Assembly (NCBI GenBank): GCA_949358305.1
Contig: OX442314.1
Coordinates: 16,368,001 to 16,432,000 of the forward strand
Direction: 5' to 3'
Length of the DNA stretch: 64,000 bases
From: Strigamia acuminata
Taxonomy: Eukaryota
A program made the translations under genes and the position numbers. Under the pieces are notes generated by a model. The model saw nothing but the letters and a program-made list of their open reading frames with translations, had not been told where the DNA came from and ran no database searches. Positions 61,012 through 64,000 of this stretch are shown piece after piece. Position 1 is the stretch's first letter; each line of letters opens with the position of its first letter.

Positions 61012-61291
61012 TCAATTATATTGAATGTATTACGTATTAGAATATACCGGTATTTGTAAAATCCAATCAAAAACAAAAACTGTTTCAAATATTGAATATT
61101 TTGTAATTTTATACCTACAAACAAACAAACTGTCAAACCTCACCAGTATTTATGCTGGTAAGTGGTAAATATCTTGAAAATAAAATTTGTCCAAGTTATT
61201 TTGTCATTCGAACAACTCAAAGCGGGTAGCGACATCTATTGATGGTACGGAGAACGTGGCGTAACTGCCTTTATATTCAGAGAAATTAAAA

Positions 61292-62403
61292 ATGGATTCA
61301 TCTGTTTTGCTAACGCTGCAGTTGTTATCCGAGACACAAAAGCAAGAAGATAACGACACGGATTTGTTTGCAGTAATATCAGCAATATTAGCCCTTCTCC
61401 CTGATTCTGATTTACAATTTTTTGACGGAGACGAGATTCTCGCGCAATATTCCTTGGATGATTTTCGTGCCACTTTCGGCCTGCATCGGAACACTTTCGA
61501 TCTTCTTAACGGTAATTACCAAATAATTCGATTCGTTACCTCAACTACAATCCATTTTTTACAGGTCTATTTCACCGCACACAGACAATCAAGGTAGAAA
61601 ATCCAGTACATCAATCTACTGGACTGACGACGCAACTCCTATCGACGCTTTGGTACTGCGCCAGCACCGAACCGTTAAATGTAATCGCAGCGAATTTTGA
61701 GATGAACGAATCGACATTTTTATATTGTATCCGTAATGTCGCCTCTTGGATACTCAGAGACGTGAAGAAAATATTTTTAAGATGGCCGAAAGGGAAGCGA
61801 TTAACACAAGTCCTGGAAACGTATAAAAAGCAGTCGAATATGCAAGGCGTGATCGGTGCACTTGGAAGCATTCAAGTCGGGATAAAAACTCAACCTGAAG
61901 ATCATTCCTACTTCAAAGATGAATCGATGCAACAAGCTGCTATTCTCCAAGTTGTTGCCTTACCGAATTTCATGTTGAGCAGTGCGTTTTGTGCTTCTCC
62001 AGTCGCGGGGACTGTGGAGGAAGTGTTTGAAAGTTCCCCCCTGTGTGAAATCATTGACACGAATCCAAGTTTACTTTTTCCAGACGATTGTAAATTAATT
62101 GGTGGAAATGTGTACGCGAAGGACCCTTGGATAGCCGTGCCCTTCGTTGATCGAGGATACTTAACTCGCGATCAAAAGGCGTTTAATAAGCGCCACGAGA
62201 AAATCCAATCTATTTTGATTAAATCATTAGAACTATTGAGTAAAAGGTTTCCGAGACTGCAAATGGTGGATTTGAGAAAGACTGAATGGGTTACGGATTT
62301 GGCCGTTGCTTGCTGCGTGTTACATAATATTTGTTGCTTGACCGAGGATGAAATTGAACAATTCATCGACGAAGGAATCGAATTGAAAGAAGAAAACAAT
62401 TGA
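61292..62403 (+). CDS. PIF/Harbinger transposase-derived (HARBI1-like) protein lacking the DDE triad; intron 61512-61564
   Basis: DFRATFGLHRNTFDLL, TLWYCAS, FLRWP, GVIGALGSIQV, ILQVV, LIGGNVY, FNKRH, KRFPRL, ACCVLHNIC. Confidence 0.85.
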
Positions 62404-62509
62404 GACATTAAATGATGGAAATTGTAAACAATTAGCTCTGTTTTGTTTTTAATAATATACAAATGACGTTATTAAACGAATAAAAGACATAAATATAACA
62501 AAAATCATT

Positions 62510-63730
62510 TCAATTCTTTGCAAGATTTGTACAAATAGTGGTCAATAAGTCAACTTTCTTTTTTTCCATCTCCATGATTTCTCTGTGTCGCTTTTGTTCG
62601 TCTTTACGTTTTTCCTCTAAATAATCGCGTAGGAAAAGTAGAACTTCCATAGATTTGGATTTCTTTAAACGCTTTTTAACTGGATTTCCCTCGGAATCGC
62701 TGTCCTCATCGTCGGTGAACGATGTCGGCTGATTTAAGGGTGTGCTGGGCGTATCAGGAATGCGGTTTCGAGCTAAACTCATCATCACTGCGGTGGAAGA
62801 TCCAAGTAATTTGTCAATAACCTCGTAAAACTTAAAAGCTGTTTTCCTGTTATCGCCCTTCGCTTCACGGTGTTTTGCCTTCCTATACGCTTTCAGTAAA
62901 CTTTTCCATTTGTTTGTCACATGCTCTGGCGTAACCTAAAGTCCAAAATTAAAAATTCAAAAACATGAAACTTTGTAAGGATTATACCGTAAATGCTCTC
63001 GCACAACACCCGCGCTCTATTGACCACAACTTAGATATCCCCTGCATCCGCATACGAAATTATTAGGCGATAATTAAAATAAATTTTCAACCTCTAAAAG
63101 TCGATGTTTGCATATAAAAATGCATTTTTTTCACATAGAAAATGTCCAAAAATCTATTTTTACTTAGAAAAGTACATTTTTAAGGCCAAAAATGCAATAA
63201 AAATGTACCTTTCTAAGTAAAAATAGATTTTTGGACAAAAATAAATGCATTTTTGCACTTTCTGGCCACATTATAAAGGATACCGCGTTCAATGAAAGCA
63301 TTTACGGTAATTAATTACCTGAATTCCTTGCTTGCTCATATCATTAGCAATTTCTTCCCAGACCTTCTTCATTTTATATCCAGGATTTCCAAACTTATCT
63401 TGATGTTTTTTGCACGCAGTGATTAGACATAACGTTTCTTTGTCGGTCCATCCTCTTCGGTTGGGATTATTGCTTATAACTTCACCTTCAAAATTTAGAT
63501 TCACTGCACTTAATAGAAATAATACTTGCGCATACATATAAATATAGGCTACCTTGGAATGACTCGGTAGTAACTTCATTTGTACCATCATTTATTTCGT
63601 CAGCGGCCTCTATCGCTGTGACAGCAACTTCGGCTGTCACGGTTTCTTCATCTTTTTTACAAGTGTGCTGCAAAGCCGCATTACTGTCCAAAAAATATTG
63701 TAGGCATTCCTTGCAAAAGAACAATGTTGT
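62510..63730 (-). CDS. Myb/SANT-like (MADF/trihelix) DNA-binding protein with C2HC finger and C-terminal coiled coil; 5' exon uncertain
   Basis: CKECLQYFLDSNAALQHTC; WTDKETLCLI..KKVWEEIA, spliced to VTPEHVTNKWKSLLKAYRK..FKFYEVIDKLLG; RHREIMEMEKKKVDLL. Confidence 0.8.
63117..63256. repeat. Inverted repeat (foldback element) in the Myb/SANT gene intron
   Basis: tgtccaaaaatctatttttacttagaaaagtacattttt pairs with aaaaatgtacctttctaagtaaaaatagatttttggaca; outer aaaaatgcattt arms. Confidence 0.75.
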
Positions 63731-64000
63731 CTGGAAGGAAATTGCAAATATCCATTAGGGCTCGGGGAAAACATAATTTTTTTTTAAAAAAAGCTGTGCA
63801 ATAAACGTAGAAATTCAATAAGTAATAAAAAATAAAGCTTCGGTTGCATATTACAGTGAAAGCAATTCGGTTTTGAATGATCCAAAACGAAATTTGTTTT
63901 CACGGTCATCATCGTTCGTTTTACTAAATTTCAACTCGCAGAACTAGATCCTTTTGATCCATCACAATTATTACAAGCACAGTTGAGTACAGACGGTAAG

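Overview
This is an AT-rich, gene-dense animal genomic window with short GT-AG introns; it is probably from an arthropod (inferred from the Dorsal-type Rel gene and DEG/ENaC expansion). The dominant feature is a structurally complete 15,438-bp Polinton/Maverick (adintovirus-like endogenous virus) at 25871-41308. It has AGTAGT...ACTACT ends, ~385-bp TIRs and a perfect 6-bp CAGCTT target-site duplication. It encodes protein-primed PolB, an integrase with chromodomain, a packaging ATPase, minor and major capsid proteins, two basic core-like proteins and an adenain-like protease. Its accessory genes are a single-BIR IAP-like protein, a DEDD-like nuclease, a frameshifted ALKBH2-like AlkB and two PC4-like proteins. 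It is inserted into a decayed fragment of a DEG/ENaC gene. The flanks hold two intact genes that each encode two DEG/ENaC subunits fused in one reading frame, an intronless RNA-triphosphatase-only gene with a Cys-to-Asp active site, a Harbinger transposase lacking its catalytic triad plus its Myb/SANT partner, and a death-domain gene with a possible cRHIM. Ordinary host genes are PLD3, dorsal, PUS10, C1orf198, ZFPL1, CDKL, trypsin, SDR, SPO16-like, NPC2, PIGH and CFAP36, and there are several MITEs. All family assignments come from recognising motifs by eye; no database search was run. Spans of multi-exon genes include introns.
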